Positions 28,397-38,347 of a DNA stretch of 64,000 bases are shown piece after piece. How positions within the stretch are numbered: position 1 is the first letter of the stretch; every line of letters begins with the position of its first letter. The position numbers and the translations under genes were made by a program. Source of the DNA: Candidatus Woesebacteria bacterium (GTDB lineage Bacteria > Patescibacteriota > Microgenomatia > UBA8517). The notes below the pieces were generated by a model. The model worked only from the letters and a program-made list of their open reading frames with translations, searched no databases and had not been told where the DNA came from. Location of the stretch: assembly GCA_016700095.1 (NCBI GenBank), contig CP065002.1, forward strand, positions 716,175 through 780,174, in the 5' to 3' direction.

Positions 28397-29449
28397 ATGA
28401 AAAAGTACATCCTACCATCAATAGTGTTTTGTATTTTCTTATTATTTTTACTATCGATTTTATTCACTAAACCGCAAAAATCCTTACCCAAACAGCCTCT
28501 TGATACGCCGTCGTCATATGTTGCTACTGATTTTAGTGTTTCGGGCTGGTTACCTTGGTGGGACTTTGATAAAGGTGCAGTCGAAATAAGCGAAAATAAA
28601 AATACTTTCACTTCGGTTTCACCGTTTATTTACGAGTTAAACGATGATTTAACCATCACTTCCCGAGACCAAACAGGGAAGACAGCGTCGATTCTCAAAA
28701 ACCATCCGGAGCTGGAAATCATACCTTCGGTAAGTAACAATTTTAAGGGAGAAAATGTGTCAAAAATAATCAACTCCACCGAGTTATCGGAAAATCATAT
28801 ATCACAGCTTGTCGACCTTGCTTTGCCATACGATGGAATAGAACTTAATTACGAACAACTCCTGGCTGAGGACAAAAACGCGTATACCAAGTTTATCGAC
28901 ACCCTTTCCAAAAAACTACATGCAGATAACAAAAAATTGGCAATAACGCTTCACCCAAAAACTACCGATAAAGGTGTATGGCATGCAACGGCGGCGCAAG
29001 ATTGGGAAAAACTGGCGCAAAGTGTCGATTATATGAGAATTATGACATACGACTATCACTGGAACGGGTCAGTAGCAGGTCCGATCGCCCCCATCGACTG
29101 GTTACATGATGTGACCGAATATGCAAATAAGACAATACCTAAAGAAAAGCGCATCCTGGGTATCGGACTTTACGCCTACGATTGGCAAATCGGAACCACC
29201 CAAGGCGATGATCTAACCTTAAACGAGGTAGCAAAAATATTAAACAAAGAAGGCGTGGAAAAATTCTATGATGAAAATTTTCAATCTCCATATCTAACAT
29301 ACACCAAGGACGGAATACATCGGATTATATGGTATGAAAATACAAAAAGTTTTGCAGCCAAACTCAAACTTGCACACGAGAACTACGCAGGCATAGCTCT
29401 ATGGAAAATGGGTGACATTCCTGAAACTTTTTACCTGACTTTAAAGTAA
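28397..29449 (+). CDS. Glycoside hydrolase family 18-like protein with degenerate catalytic motif, N-terminal TM/signal anchor
   Basis: GH18 beta-4 motif present as YDGIELNYE where DGxDxDWE is expected. The catalytic Glu is kept, the middle Asp is Asn, and the second Asp is Glu. MTYDYHW matches the GH18 MxYD motif. Confidence 0.65.
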   Translation: MKKYILPSIVFCIFLLFLLSILFTKPQKSLPKQPLDTPSSYVATDFSVSGWLPWWDFDKGAVEISENKNTFTSVSPFIYELNDDLTITSRDQTGKTASILKNHPELEIIPSVSNNFKGENVSKIINSTELSENHISQLVDLALPYDGIELNYEQLLAEDKNAYTKFIDTLSKKLHADNKKLAITLHPKTTDKGVWHATAAQDWEKLAQSVDYMRIMTYDYHWNGSVAGPIAPIDWLHDVTEYANKTIPKEKRILGIGLYAYDWQIGTTQGDDLTLNEVAKILNKEGVEKFYDENFQSPYLTYTKDGIHRIIWYENTKSFAAKLKLAHENYAGIALWKMGDIPETFYLTLK

Positions 29450-29565
29450 TTTCCCTTTGTGCTGTTTGACATCAGACTTCCGATAGATTGATAACCTTCT
29501 TGAAATTACGGTCGTGCTAAATCGTTTGTTATGCAATTCAAAATAATTTAAAGTACAATAAAGAT

Positions 29566-30357
29566 ATGAAAGTACTGGGATTTACACTATTGGTATTCAT
29601 GATGGCACTAACTGTTGCCAGTGTTACGGTAACCCGATTGCATGACAACAATGTCGATCCGGTTAATCTTTCTACAAGTGAAGTGTTAGGTGAACCATCT
29701 ACCAGAGTCTCATTTGAAAAACACAAGATTTCATTTAATGGTGAATCTTACGAGGTTGCATTGATTAATGGAGTTAACCCGGACGAAACCGGTCTTTTTT
29801 CAAATTTAGAGGAACCGGAATCGGCAATTAACATTATTGAGGAGAATAACTGTAGCGCACTGGTTAATGCTGGTTTTTATACCACCAATAATCAACCTAT
29901 CGGGCAATTTGTGTCAAATTATAAAACTATCAAAAACACTACGCAAAGCGAGTTGTTTAACGGGTATTTTTCCATCAACGATTTCGGTACACCACGAATT
30001 ACGCAAAATGTTCCTTCTGATAATTTACGGCTGTCTGTCCAGAGCGGACCTTTGTTAATTGTTAATGATGAATTCCAAAAGCTGTCGATAAGAAACGACA
30101 AAAATGCTCGCCGTATCGTCGTAGCCGTAACCGGAGAGAACGACATTGTATTTATCGCTATCTACGATGCTTTCTCCAAGCTACTTGGACCTAAACTTGC
30201 CGATTTACCCGTAGTGTTAACAGAAATTGAAAATACTTCGCTTTATGACTTCGCCGATGCGCTTAACCTGGATGGCGGTTCTGCTTCAGCTTTTTATATC
30301 GACAATTTTAAACTTCCCGAAAGCTCGCCTATCGGAAGCTATTTTTGTATAAATTAA
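29566..30357 (+). CDS. Phosphodiester glycosidase-like (DUF2233/NAGPA-like) secreted protein
   Basis: Signal peptide. ALVNAGFY near the N-terminus and ALNLDGGSAS near the C-terminus resemble DUF2233 motifs. Recognised from memory only. Confidence 0.45.
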   Translation: MKVLGFTLLVFMMALTVASVTVTRLHDNNVDPVNLSTSEVLGEPSTRVSFEKHKISFNGESYEVALINGVNPDETGLFSNLEEPESAINIIEENNCSALVNAGFYTTNNQPIGQFVSNYKTIKNTTQSELFNGYFSINDFGTPRITQNVPSDNLRLSVQSGPLLIVNDEFQKLSIRNDKNARRIVVAVTGENDIVFIAIYDAFSKLLGPKLADLPVVLTEIENTSLYDFADALNLDGGSASAFYIDNFKLPESSPIGSYFCIN

Positions 30358-30983
30358 TCAACCTTTAGTAAGTAGATCCTGAGCCCCTTTTTGTCGGTAC
30401 TTATGTCCAATGTATGCATGCCCGCTTCCTCATCGTTTACAAGTTCATAATAATTTCTTTTTAAAATCATAGTAGGCACTTCACGTCCGTTGGTAAGTTT
30501 TTGAGCCACTACAACATCTTCGCCGTCTTTTTTAATCGTTAGTGTATTTCCTACATCGCTTTCTGCATCTATTAATACTCTTTTTCCTGTGTATCTAAGT
30601 GACAACGCTCCACCCGTATCCAAAGACGCTACAAAATAATCGCTATACTCCCACACTCCTTTGAGGTATATTTTATTTTCAGACATCATACTTGCAAGTT
30701 TTATTGATTCATTTATGAATTCCGGTCGATTGTCCGGATCAGAAGTTACGGTTCCCAGAAACAAAGTAACAGGTTTAGAGTCACAACATGTTTTTTTCGA
30801 CGTGACAATTTCCTTGCGAGAAATTTCAGGCAGAGGTTGTGAATCTCTTGTGAAGTTTTTTTCACGAATATAAAGAAATACCGTAAGACTGGTAAACAGT
30901 ATTATTGTTCCATAATTAATAAATCTTTTTCTTTTTGTATTTATTGCCATTTGTTTTCTCAGCATCCCTAACCTGTTTTTCAT
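30354..30983 (-). CDS. Membrane-anchored hypothetical protein
   Basis: N-terminal TM (TIILFTSLTVFLYI), no recognisable domain. The ORF's 5' end overlaps the upstream Zincin_1 gene, so the true start is probably internal, at M12 (30950) or a non-ATG codon. Confidence 0.4.
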   Translation of the reverse strand: MKNRLGMLRKQMAINTKRKRFINYGTIILFTSLTVFLYIREKNFTRDSQPLPEISRKEIVTSKKTCCDSKPVTLFLGTVTSDPDNRPEFINESIKLASMMSENKIYLKGVWEYSDYFVASLDTGGALSLRYTGKRVLIDAESDVGNTLTIKKDGEDVVVAQKLTNGREVPTMILKRNYYELVNDEEAGMHTLDISTDKKGLRIYLLKVD

Positions 30984-31305
30984 TCATCCCAAAATGATGT
31001 GCGATTTCATGAATTAAAGTATCACGTACTGTTTCTTCAACACTTTTAGTTTTTGAAAACATCAATATCGGTATTTTAAATATGGTTATTTTGTCGGGCA
31101 ATTTAACCATATATCTTGACCCTCGTGTTGTCGGTACACCCTCGTATAAACCCAAAAGTAAACCTCGAGCATTTACGCTGTCTAATTGCTTTTTGGTTGG
31201 AAAGTCTTGATATGTTATCGAGACATTTTCTATATTTTTTCTAAATTCCCCAGGAATACTTTCCAGCGCTTTGTTTAATATTTCTTCAAACTTATCGTCG
31301 GACAT
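30916..31305 (-). CDS. Zincin_1 (DUF1025) family putative metallopeptidase
   Basis: Conserved TLIHEIAHHFGMNEKQV motif (HExxHxxG) in a 129-aa protein. Lys-rich C-terminus. Confidence 0.55.
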   Translation of the reverse strand: MSDDKFEEILNKALESIPGEFRKNIENVSITYQDFPTKKQLDSVNARGLLLGLYEGVPTTRGSRYMVKLPDKITIFKIPILMFSKTKSVEETVRDTLIHEIAHHFGMNEKQVRDAEKTNGNKYKKKKIY

Positions 31306-31340
31306 GTATTAATATACCATGAAGAATCTATCAAAATAAG

Positions 31341-33434
31341 TTATTGCGAAAACACCAAACTATTGATTTCGGTCCAAGTTAATTCATCAACAACTATCAA
31401 CTTGTCATCACCAACAATGTACATAAGATCGTTAATATATACGGCACGTTTGGCATTAATGGGTGAAGTTTTGAATATTGTCTTTAGGTTGTCTTGGTAA
31501 GAAATAATATAACCGCTACCTGAGGCGGGCAAGAAAAATACTTTGTGTTTATCGTCAAGTAAAAAGGCGTGATGTGTATTTTGAATGTCGGACCAATACT
31601 CATCTAGTGAAAGCACACTTTTCTCAACCGGAAGGGCGGGGTTTGATACATCAAACATACTTGCTTTGACTTTTGAACCATCCATACCAATACCCAATAC
31701 TAAATTATCTCCGATCGGATGTAAGTAAGACGAATAACCCGGTATCTTTAATTCACCGACCATTGTTGGTTTTTTGGCATCCGATAAATCCACTACATAA
31801 AACGGATCTATTTGTTTAAACGTAACCAGGTAACCTTTGTCACCAACAAACCTTGCCGAATATATTCTTTCTGATAAACCAAGATCTTTAATACTTCCCG
31901 TAATTTTTAAACTGCTATCCAAAACATACACATCGTTTACACTTTCCGTATTCCCCCAGGGAATACCCATCCTACCACCAATCGTTGTCGCAACCCGTAA
32001 ATTATTCTGATATTCGTCGATGGAAAACTGATTCAAAATAGTTCCGGGAACGCTACCTGTTTGAGTTACTTCTAAATCTGGAAATGCAAATTTTACAATT
32101 CCAGTCCTTTCAAATTCTCTTATGTGATCACGGGTGTAGATTTCGGATTTACTTTCAATTTCTTTCTGGAATTTGTCGCGATCCGATTCTTTTAAAGACA
32201 TTCTGTAGGCATCCAAAATGACATAAACTTCCTGCATTTTTGAAGAATCACTTATTTCATAACTATTTAATTGTGTTAGCTTTTTAATGACATCGTAAGG
32301 TAAAATATTTGCTTCATTAATGAGAAAATCCATCACAAATTGAACGACGTTTTCATTGTATGTGTATGTCAAAAATACTCCGTTTGGAGAAATATACGTT
32401 ATCGCTTGGTAAGATGGTGCTATAAACGACGCGTGAGTACTAACACTTCCGTCATCCGGATTAATCTTTATCACTGTGTAAATGTTATCTGCACTAACCG
32501 GATAAATCGGATGATATATCGTATCGCACGTAACCATAACTCCTTGCGATTCTTTGGTTACATAAAAGGGGCAGGGTAAATTCTGGTCGACAGCTTTCTG
32601 TGTGACGACATACAGTTTTCCATCAAATAGCCTGGTTGATTGAACATATGCTCCCTGATCAAGTGCTAGTTGCCACTTTTGGTTCGGCAATTGTGGATTA
32701 CTTACATCTATTCCCGTTATTTCCTGTGAGGCAATTACGATTAAATTATTATCATCAAGAAGTAAATTGCCGTTATTATTTATAAAACCGACTTCCGCCA
32801 ATTCTTCGGATGGAAATGAATCAATAATCCGAGTTCCGATACGCCTCACGGGAGGCCGAATCATACCAGAGGAACCAATAGAACTTGGTTGCGATTGTTC
32901 AACATTGCTCACATCGTCGACAATACCTGACCTTAGCTCAAATGGCTCGTATAAGTAGCCGTACTCTTGTGAGTAAAAAATAGACTTACCGTCAGTTTTA
33001 ATAATATCGGGTTCATCGAGAGCCGCAATTTGAACATTGGTTTGTGATACCCTATCTGGTGATTGAATCTCTGAAATCGTGGAATCCATCTGATCCCCAA
33101 ATCCGACTGACGGAGCTTGTAATTTAAGTGAGTTTAAGTCAGCTAATTCCCTAACCCCGTTGGTTAGCATGCTTGTATTTATGCTCGCTTTTTGTAAATA
33201 ACCGATAAAGTCATCCTTTGATTTAAAAGCTTCAACCTTCATCTCGTCTGCCGGCTTTGATGTGTCATCATGTTGGCCAAATGGCGAAATTTGGCTGTTT
33301 GATAACTTGTAAATAAAAAATATACCTATAACCAAAAGAAGCACGCCTGAGAGGGCGAAAATATATTTTCCAAAGGGTCTTGGTGCGTCCATTTTCGATC
33401 CGAACGTTTCTATCTCGGGGTCATTTGGTGTCAT
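31341..33434 (-). CDS. Secreted/anchored beta-propeller domain protein (COG4880 / Beta_propel family)
   Basis: N-terminal TM. TNVQIAALDEPDIIKTDGKSIFY matches the family's opening motif (TNvQv.GVDEaDivKtDG..iY). 697 aa with repeated blade-like segments. Confidence 0.55.
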   Translation of the reverse strand: MTPNDPEIETFGSKMDAPRPFGKYIFALSGVLLLVIGIFFIYKLSNSQISPFGQHDDTSKPADEMKVEAFKSKDDFIGYLQKASINTSMLTNGVRELADLNSLKLQAPSVGFGDQMDSTISEIQSPDRVSQTNVQIAALDEPDIIKTDGKSIFYSQEYGYLYEPFELRSGIVDDVSNVEQSQPSSIGSSGMIRPPVRRIGTRIIDSFPSEELAEVGFINNNGNLLLDDNNLIVIASQEITGIDVSNPQLPNQKWQLALDQGAYVQSTRLFDGKLYVVTQKAVDQNLPCPFYVTKESQGVMVTCDTIYHPIYPVSADNIYTVIKINPDDGSVSTHASFIAPSYQAITYISPNGVFLTYTYNENVVQFVMDFLINEANILPYDVIKKLTQLNSYEISDSSKMQEVYVILDAYRMSLKESDRDKFQKEIESKSEIYTRDHIREFERTGIVKFAFPDLEVTQTGSVPGTILNQFSIDEYQNNLRVATTIGGRMGIPWGNTESVNDVYVLDSSLKITGSIKDLGLSERIYSARFVGDKGYLVTFKQIDPFYVVDLSDAKKPTMVGELKIPGYSSYLHPIGDNLVLGIGMDGSKVKASMFDVSNPALPVEKSVLSLDEYWSDIQNTHHAFLLDDKHKVFFLPASGSGYIISYQDNLKTIFKTSPINAKRAVYINDLMYIVGDDKLIVVDELTWTEINSLVFSQ

Positions 33435-33442
33435 GCTTTATT

Positions 33443-33787
33443 CTAACTTAAAATATTTTTTGCCGCTACTTTTTCGCTTTCTTTCCTGAAACCAATAACG
33501 ATACGCTTAAACTTACTACCTTCTAATTCAATGGTGATGACATGCTTTTTAAACATCGTTACATACCAATAGGCTTTACCCATTTTCGTGAAGTATGTTC
33601 CTGCTTTTATAATTCCCGGGAAGAATGATCCCGGTATGCGTAATTCCCAAATCGTATTTTCTGGCATAGTTGTACTCACAGATTTGATCTGATTTTTTTT
33701 AATCCTAATTAGTCTTTTTAATCCCCAGATAATTTCGAAGCCTTGCATCCTTATTTCAATTTCGTCGCCTTTGGGAATGACTTGCAT
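33443..33787 (-). CDS. Small hypothetical protein, possibly bacterial PH-domain-like
   Basis: 114 aa with alternating beta-strand-like pattern and no TM. Co-directional and adjacent (8-bp gap) to the beta-propeller gene. Confidence 0.3.
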   Translation of the reverse strand: MQVIPKGDEIEIRMQGFEIIWGLKRLIRIKKNQIKSVSTTMPENTIWELRIPGSFFPGIIKAGTYFTKMGKAYWYVTMFKKHVITIELEGSKFKRIVIGFRKESEKVAAKNILS

Positions 33788-33879
33788 AAGTTATTATAGC
33801 ATTTATTGAAAATAGACATTACTTATTTTAAGCGGCATCGTTTACTAGTAGTAAATTATTATATGTTATATTAGATGGC

Positions 33880-35313
33880 ATGTTTAAAACTCATTATTCC
33901 CCCAAAAGCCCGATGGTTTTTGTCGATGTCGAAACAACCGGCGGTAGTCCCAGCCAGGACAGAATAACCGAAATTGGGATTATCAGAGTTGAAAACGAAA
34001 AAATTGTCACCAAATACCAATCGCTAATTAATCCGCAAACTCATATTCCGATATTTATTCAACATATGACAGGTATCAATCCAAAGCTTACCGACAAGGC
34101 TCCTGTGTTTGAAGAAATAAAATCTGACATACGAGAAATTACCGAAGGAGCAATTTTTGTAGCACATAATGCAAAGTTCGACTATTCGTTTCTTCAGGGA
34201 GAATTCATCCGACTAAATGATATTTTTAAGGCTAAGGTTTTGTGTTCGGTCAGACTATCGCGCTTTCTTTACCCCAATCATTCTAAACATAATTTATCAA
34301 GTATCGTTGAAAGATTTTCGATTGATGTTCCCAACAGGCACCGCGCGTATGATGATGCACATGCAATCTGGGAATTTTTTCAAAAGGCAAAAACCGACCT
34401 TGGAAAGGATACTTTTGAAGAGGCGGTACGAAAAATACTGAAAGGTCCGAGCTTACCTATTTTTTCAAATCAAAAATCCTTTGATGAATTTACCAGTGAA
34501 TCGGGTATTTACAAGTTTTTTGGTGGAATAAACAACATGGACAACGAGTTGTTATATGTTGGCAAAAGCACATCTTTGCGTACACGAATATATTCCCATT
34601 TCACTCCCGGTAAAGGACCACAAACCGACCTTTTACTGGCTAAATATACTCAAAATATTGAAACCATAGAAACAGCCGGAGATTTAAGTGCTCAACTATT
34701 GGAGAAACGCGAAATAATAAAGGGTAAACCGCTTATGAATAAATCTCTTTCCCAAATTAGAGCCCGTATATTTTTACAGGAAACAGTAATTAATGGATAT
34801 AGGGCGATCAAACAAGTATCGGAAAGTGAAATTAATAAGGATAATATGTATTCAATTCTGTCATGTTACACATCCAAAAAGGCAATGATAGAAGCGTTAC
34901 GCGACTTAGCTAATACTTACCTATTGTGCCCCAGATTTCTTGGCCTTGAACATGCTGATGGACCGTGTTTTTCATATCAAATCGGTAAATGTAATGGTGC
35001 CTGCTCATGCAAAGAACAAAATATGAAATATAATTTACGCTTTACGCAAGCTTTTGCTAATACACGTGTTAAACCTTGGCCATTCAAATCTGCTGTTGCA
35101 ATAAGTGAATCAAACACACACATGACCCAAACACATATAGTTAATAACTGGATATACTACAAACTTATAACTATTTCGTCAGAACTTATGGATCCGGTAG
35201 AAGAATTTTTCCCCGGAAATTTCGATTGGGATACATATCTTATTTTGAAACGCTTTCTTATATCAAAGTATAAACACTCCAATTTAGCAATAAAAAACAT
35301 CGATAATTATTAG
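33880..35313 (+). CDS. DEDDh 3'-5' exonuclease (DnaQ-like) fused to a GIY-YIG nuclease domain (Cho/Rv2191-like)
   Basis: Exo motifs I VFVDVETTG, II AHNAKFDYSFL, III HRAYDDAHA. GIY-YIG segment GIYKFFGG...LLYVGKSTSLRTRIYSHF. 477 aa. Confidence 0.75.
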   Translation: MFKTHYSPKSPMVFVDVETTGGSPSQDRITEIGIIRVENEKIVTKYQSLINPQTHIPIFIQHMTGINPKLTDKAPVFEEIKSDIREITEGAIFVAHNAKFDYSFLQGEFIRLNDIFKAKVLCSVRLSRFLYPNHSKHNLSSIVERFSIDVPNRHRAYDDAHAIWEFFQKAKTDLGKDTFEEAVRKILKGPSLPIFSNQKSFDEFTSESGIYKFFGGINNMDNELLYVGKSTSLRTRIYSHFTPGKGPQTDLLLAKYTQNIETIETAGDLSAQLLEKREIIKGKPLMNKSLSQIRARIFLQETVINGYRAIKQVSESEINKDNMYSILSCYTSKKAMIEALRDLANTYLLCPRFLGLEHADGPCFSYQIGKCNGACSCKEQNMKYNLRFTQAFANTRVKPWPFKSAVAISESNTHMTQTHIVNNWIYYKLITISSELMDPVEEFFPGNFDWDTYLILKRFLISKYKHSNLAIKNIDNY

Positions 35314-35320
35314 TAGAACA

Positions 35321-35357
35321 TATAGTTTAATACATTAAACTATAATATTTTATTTGG
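35321..35357 (+). terminator. Intrinsic terminator-like hairpin plus T-tract after the exonuclease/GIY-YIG gene
   Basis: TATAGTTTAA (35321-30), loop TACA, TTAAACTATA (35335-44). Perfect 10-bp but all A/T stem, followed by ATATTTTATTT. Confidence 0.35.
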
Positions 35358-35399
35358 ATGCATTTGCTCTTTTAAGGTTAGATCGATAAAATAACTTAT

Positions 35400-35639
35400 A
35401 TGGATGCGTTAACCGTGTTTTTAATTATTTTGTCTATCGGTGTAGCTACGTCAACAGTTGCAATTATCTTGGTTGTTTACTTTGCTATTCGGACACTTAA
35501 ATTAATTCAAGAAACGCTCTTGGATGTAAGACAGGCAAGTGGTGAAATTAAAGATAGTGTTAAGTTGGACGGAGCCGGTTACATCTTTTCCACCCTTTAT
35601 AAAATCGCCAAAAGCAAATATCGCAAATGGAATAAATAG
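35400..35639 (+). CDS. Small membrane hypothetical protein (79 aa)
   Basis: Single N-terminal TM (VFLIILSIGVATSTVAIILVVYFAI) with a basic C-tail. Weak RBS. Confidence 0.3.
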   Translation: MDALTVFLIILSIGVATSTVAIILVVYFAIRTLKLIQETLLDVRQASGEIKDSVKLDGAGYIFSTLYKIAKSKYRKWNK

Positions 35640-35753
35640 ACATCCACAGTCTAAACGACCACAAACTTTCTATGAAAAAGATTGATCACCGCTTGGCTTC
35701 AGTCGCACTTTCAATAGTCGTTTTTGCAAAGTAGAAATACATATTTTCACACT

Positions 35754-37103
35754 TTACAAGTGCACCTCTTCGTGAAGTTTTGGTAAGTAAATATTATCAA
35801 TTTTGTACATTTCCCTAATTTTATCGCCCAGTTGCTCTCTCGGACCATCGTCTTCTCCGTGAATCAAAATAACCTTACTTACACCTTGGATTTTATCTAA
35901 CCAAGTTAATAACTTTTTTTGATCGGCGTGTGCACTCAAGCTATCGATAACCTTTATCTGGGCATTAACGGGTATCGTCTCCCCATCAATTTCAACCTCT
36001 TTGGCGCCTTCTTTAATCTCACGCCCTAAAGTTTCTTCGCCCTGATAACCAACCATAACAAGCCGATTGTTTGCATCCGACAAATACTTGGCTGCGTGCG
36101 CGACAATTCTTCCTCCGGTCATCATGCCACTTCCTGCGATAATAATACGGACACCACCGGCACCTTCAATACGCTTACTCTGTTTCGCGCTTCTGGTTAC
36201 AATTAAACCTGGAAAATCGAAGGGGTCACCTTCACTAAATTCTTTAATAATACCTTCGTTGTAAAGAGGGATGTAGTTTTTATAAATTTCGGTTGCGTTT
36301 ATCCCCATCGGGCTGTCTAAGTATACCGGTGTTGATTCTTTGATATATCCGAGCCGTTTTAATTCTTTCATCATATAAAGTAGCATTTGTGTGCGTTCAA
36401 GTGAAAATGCCGGAATCATGAGAACCGATTTATCATTCTCTGAGGCGTTAATTTCCATTTGTAAAATTCTAAGAGCATCTTCTTTGGGATGTACCCGATC
36501 ACCGTAAGTACTTTCCATAACAACAGTGTCTGATTTGGAAAAATAACTTGTAGGTTTTAGTAGCATGTCGGGGGTGTTTCCTAAATCACCGCTAAATACG
36601 ATTGATTTAGCATTATCAATTTGCGTCACCAAAATACTTGCCGAACCGAGAAGATGCCCGGCATCTTTGTATACAACTTGATATCCGCTCACTGTAAACT
36701 CCGTTTCGTAGTTTACAATTCTAAACCGGGAAAGTATGTTCTCGACATCTTCTTCGGTATAAAGAGGATCGACGCCGTCATCAAGCGATTGAATTCGGGC
36801 TGCATCAAATAACACTATTTCGGTTAAATCGCGTGTTGCCTTCGTTGCATAAATATTTCCCGTAAAGCCCATGCGCGCAAGCAAAGGCAATCGCCCACAA
36901 TGATCCAAATGTGCATGTGTTAAAAGAACGTTGTCAATTTCACCCGCGGTAAACGTCGGGGTCTGAAAATTTAAATCCCATACTTCCTTCGTTCCTTGGA
37001 ACATACCACAATCAACCATCAAACCACGGTTGTTGTCACCGATTAACAAATGACATGATCCCGTTACTGTTCCCGCCGCTCCATGAAAGACTAATTTTTT
37101 CAT
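35754..37103 (-). CDS. Metallo-beta-lactamase / beta-CASP family RNA-metabolising hydrolase
   Basis: HAHLDHCG motif, beta-CASP region, 449 aa. Confidence 0.7.
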   Translation of the reverse strand: MKKLVFHGAAGTVTGSCHLLIGDNNRGLMVDCGMFQGTKEVWDLNFQTPTFTAGEIDNVLLTHAHLDHCGRLPLLARMGFTGNIYATKATRDLTEIVLFDAARIQSLDDGVDPLYTEEDVENILSRFRIVNYETEFTVSGYQVVYKDAGHLLGSASILVTQIDNAKSIVFSGDLGNTPDMLLKPTSYFSKSDTVVMESTYGDRVHPKEDALRILQMEINASENDKSVLMIPAFSLERTQMLLYMMKELKRLGYIKESTPVYLDSPMGINATEIYKNYIPLYNEGIIKEFSEGDPFDFPGLIVTRSAKQSKRIEGAGGVRIIIAGSGMMTGGRIVAHAAKYLSDANNRLVMVGYQGEETLGREIKEGAKEVEIDGETIPVNAQIKVIDSLSAHADQKKLLTWLDKIQGVSKVILIHGEDDGPREQLGDKIREMYKIDNIYLPKLHEEVHL

Positions 37104-37549
37104 TTGTTTCTTTTTTTCAATAAATATTTTTGATGATATTCTTCGGCTTGATAAAATTTTGGGGTTTGGATTATTTGCGTGGCAATTTCTTTATTGTGTA
37201 GTTTTGCCTGACTAAACTTCGATGTCTCTGCAAGTAATTTTTGCTTATCATCGTGGTAAAATATTACTGATTTATATTGTGTACCTATATCAACGCCTTG
37301 ACCGTTTGTCTGTGTTGGATCATGACTCGACCAAAAAGTATCTAGTAATTTTTCATAAGAAATTACCTCAGGATCATAAAAAACCTCAATCGCTTCCACG
37401 TGGCCTGTTTTACCGCTACACACCATATCATATGTTGGATTTTCTTGACTACCGCCCGCATACCCAACAATAACATTAGTAACACCGGGGAGTTTTGAGA
37501 ATATTTCATCGGGATGCCAAAAACACCCAAGTGCAAAAGTTGCCTTCAT
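37100..37549 (-). CDS. msrA: Peptide methionine sulfoxide reductase MsrA
   Basis: ATFALGCFWHPDEIF catalytic Cys motif. 4-bp overlap with the downstream gene. Confidence 0.9.
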   Translation of the reverse strand: MKATFALGCFWHPDEIFSKLPGVTNVIVGYAGGSQENPTYDMVCSGKTGHVEAIEVFYDPEVISYEKLLDTFWSSHDPTQTNGQGVDIGTQYKSVIFYHDDKQKLLAETSKFSQAKLHNKEIATQIIQTPKFYQAEEYHQKYLLKKRNK

Positions 37550-37639
37550 ATATACAGTTTAAACATAAATATCACGATCGAAAACCACTAAAATATATTT
37601 TCTTCAATTTATTAAACAATGCGGTCACTCACACATTTC

Positions 37640-38347
37640 CTAAATATTTCCTTGAAGATATAATTTACGGATATTTTCCGGGAATTTTTCGATTGCATAT
37701 CTAAGCATTGTCCTTGGCATGTTTTTGTAATATTTTTTGAGAAATACTTCCAAAGCTTTTTTGTCACGCTTACCGACTTCACGAAGCATCCACCCCACCG
37801 CCTTATGAATTAAGTCATGCTTGTCGTAAAGCAAAATGCGCGCTATGTCACATGTTTTAGCAAATTTGTCGTGTGCAATGAAATAACCGGTTGCAATAAT
37901 CGCAATTCGTCGATCCCACAAAAGATCTGACTTTGCCAATTTCGCTAGTATTGCTTTGTCTTTGTTGAATAAAAAAGCACCCACAATTTTACCTGCCGAC
38001 AAATCAACTAAATCCCAGTTGTTAATATGTTTGGTATTTTTCAGATATAGGTTAAAAAGTTTTTTCTTTTTTACATCGTCACTTAGTGCAAATTGGTGCA
38101 CCATAATAAGAAGTGCGATAAGACGCTCCTCGTGATACGTCGAAGAAAGCAACTTATTTATGTGTGTAATTGATAAGTTTATGTATTTCTTGGCAATTAT
38201 TCTGCTTTGTGGAACTGTGAGTCCCAAAAAGATATCACCCTCAGCGTACTGCCCTTTGCCGGTTTTGAAGTAGCGCTGCAAATCTTTGGCTTTATTGGGA
38301 TTTGCCAATTGTTGAGTGTCGTTTTTTAAATTGTCTAATAATGTCAT
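37640..38347 (-). CDS. DNA alkylation repair protein (AlkC/AlkD-like HEAT-repeat glycosylase family)
   Basis: 235 aa. Begins ...KAKDLQRYFKTGKGQYAEGDIFLGLTVPQSR, with helical-repeat WDLVD...HDKF...EKF segments typical of PF08713. Confidence 0.65.
   Translation of the reverse strand: MTLLDNLKNDTQQLANPNKAKDLQRYFKTGKGQYAEGDIFLGLTVPQSRIIAKKYINLSITHINKLLSSTYHEERLIALLIMVHQFALSDDVKKKKLFNLYLKNTKHINNWDLVDLSAGKIVGAFLFNKDKAILAKLAKSDLLWDRRIAIIATGYFIAHDKFAKTCDIARILLYDKHDLIHKAVGWMLREVGKRDKKALEVFLKKYYKNMPRTMLRYAIEKFPENIRKLYLQGNI

Noticed and set aside
30916-30983. 68-nt overlap between the Zincin_1 gene 3' end and the next ORF's 5' end.
   Set aside because: Probably start-codon misassignment (an internal Met at 30950, or a non-ATG start) rather than genuine long overlap. 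Both genes kept.
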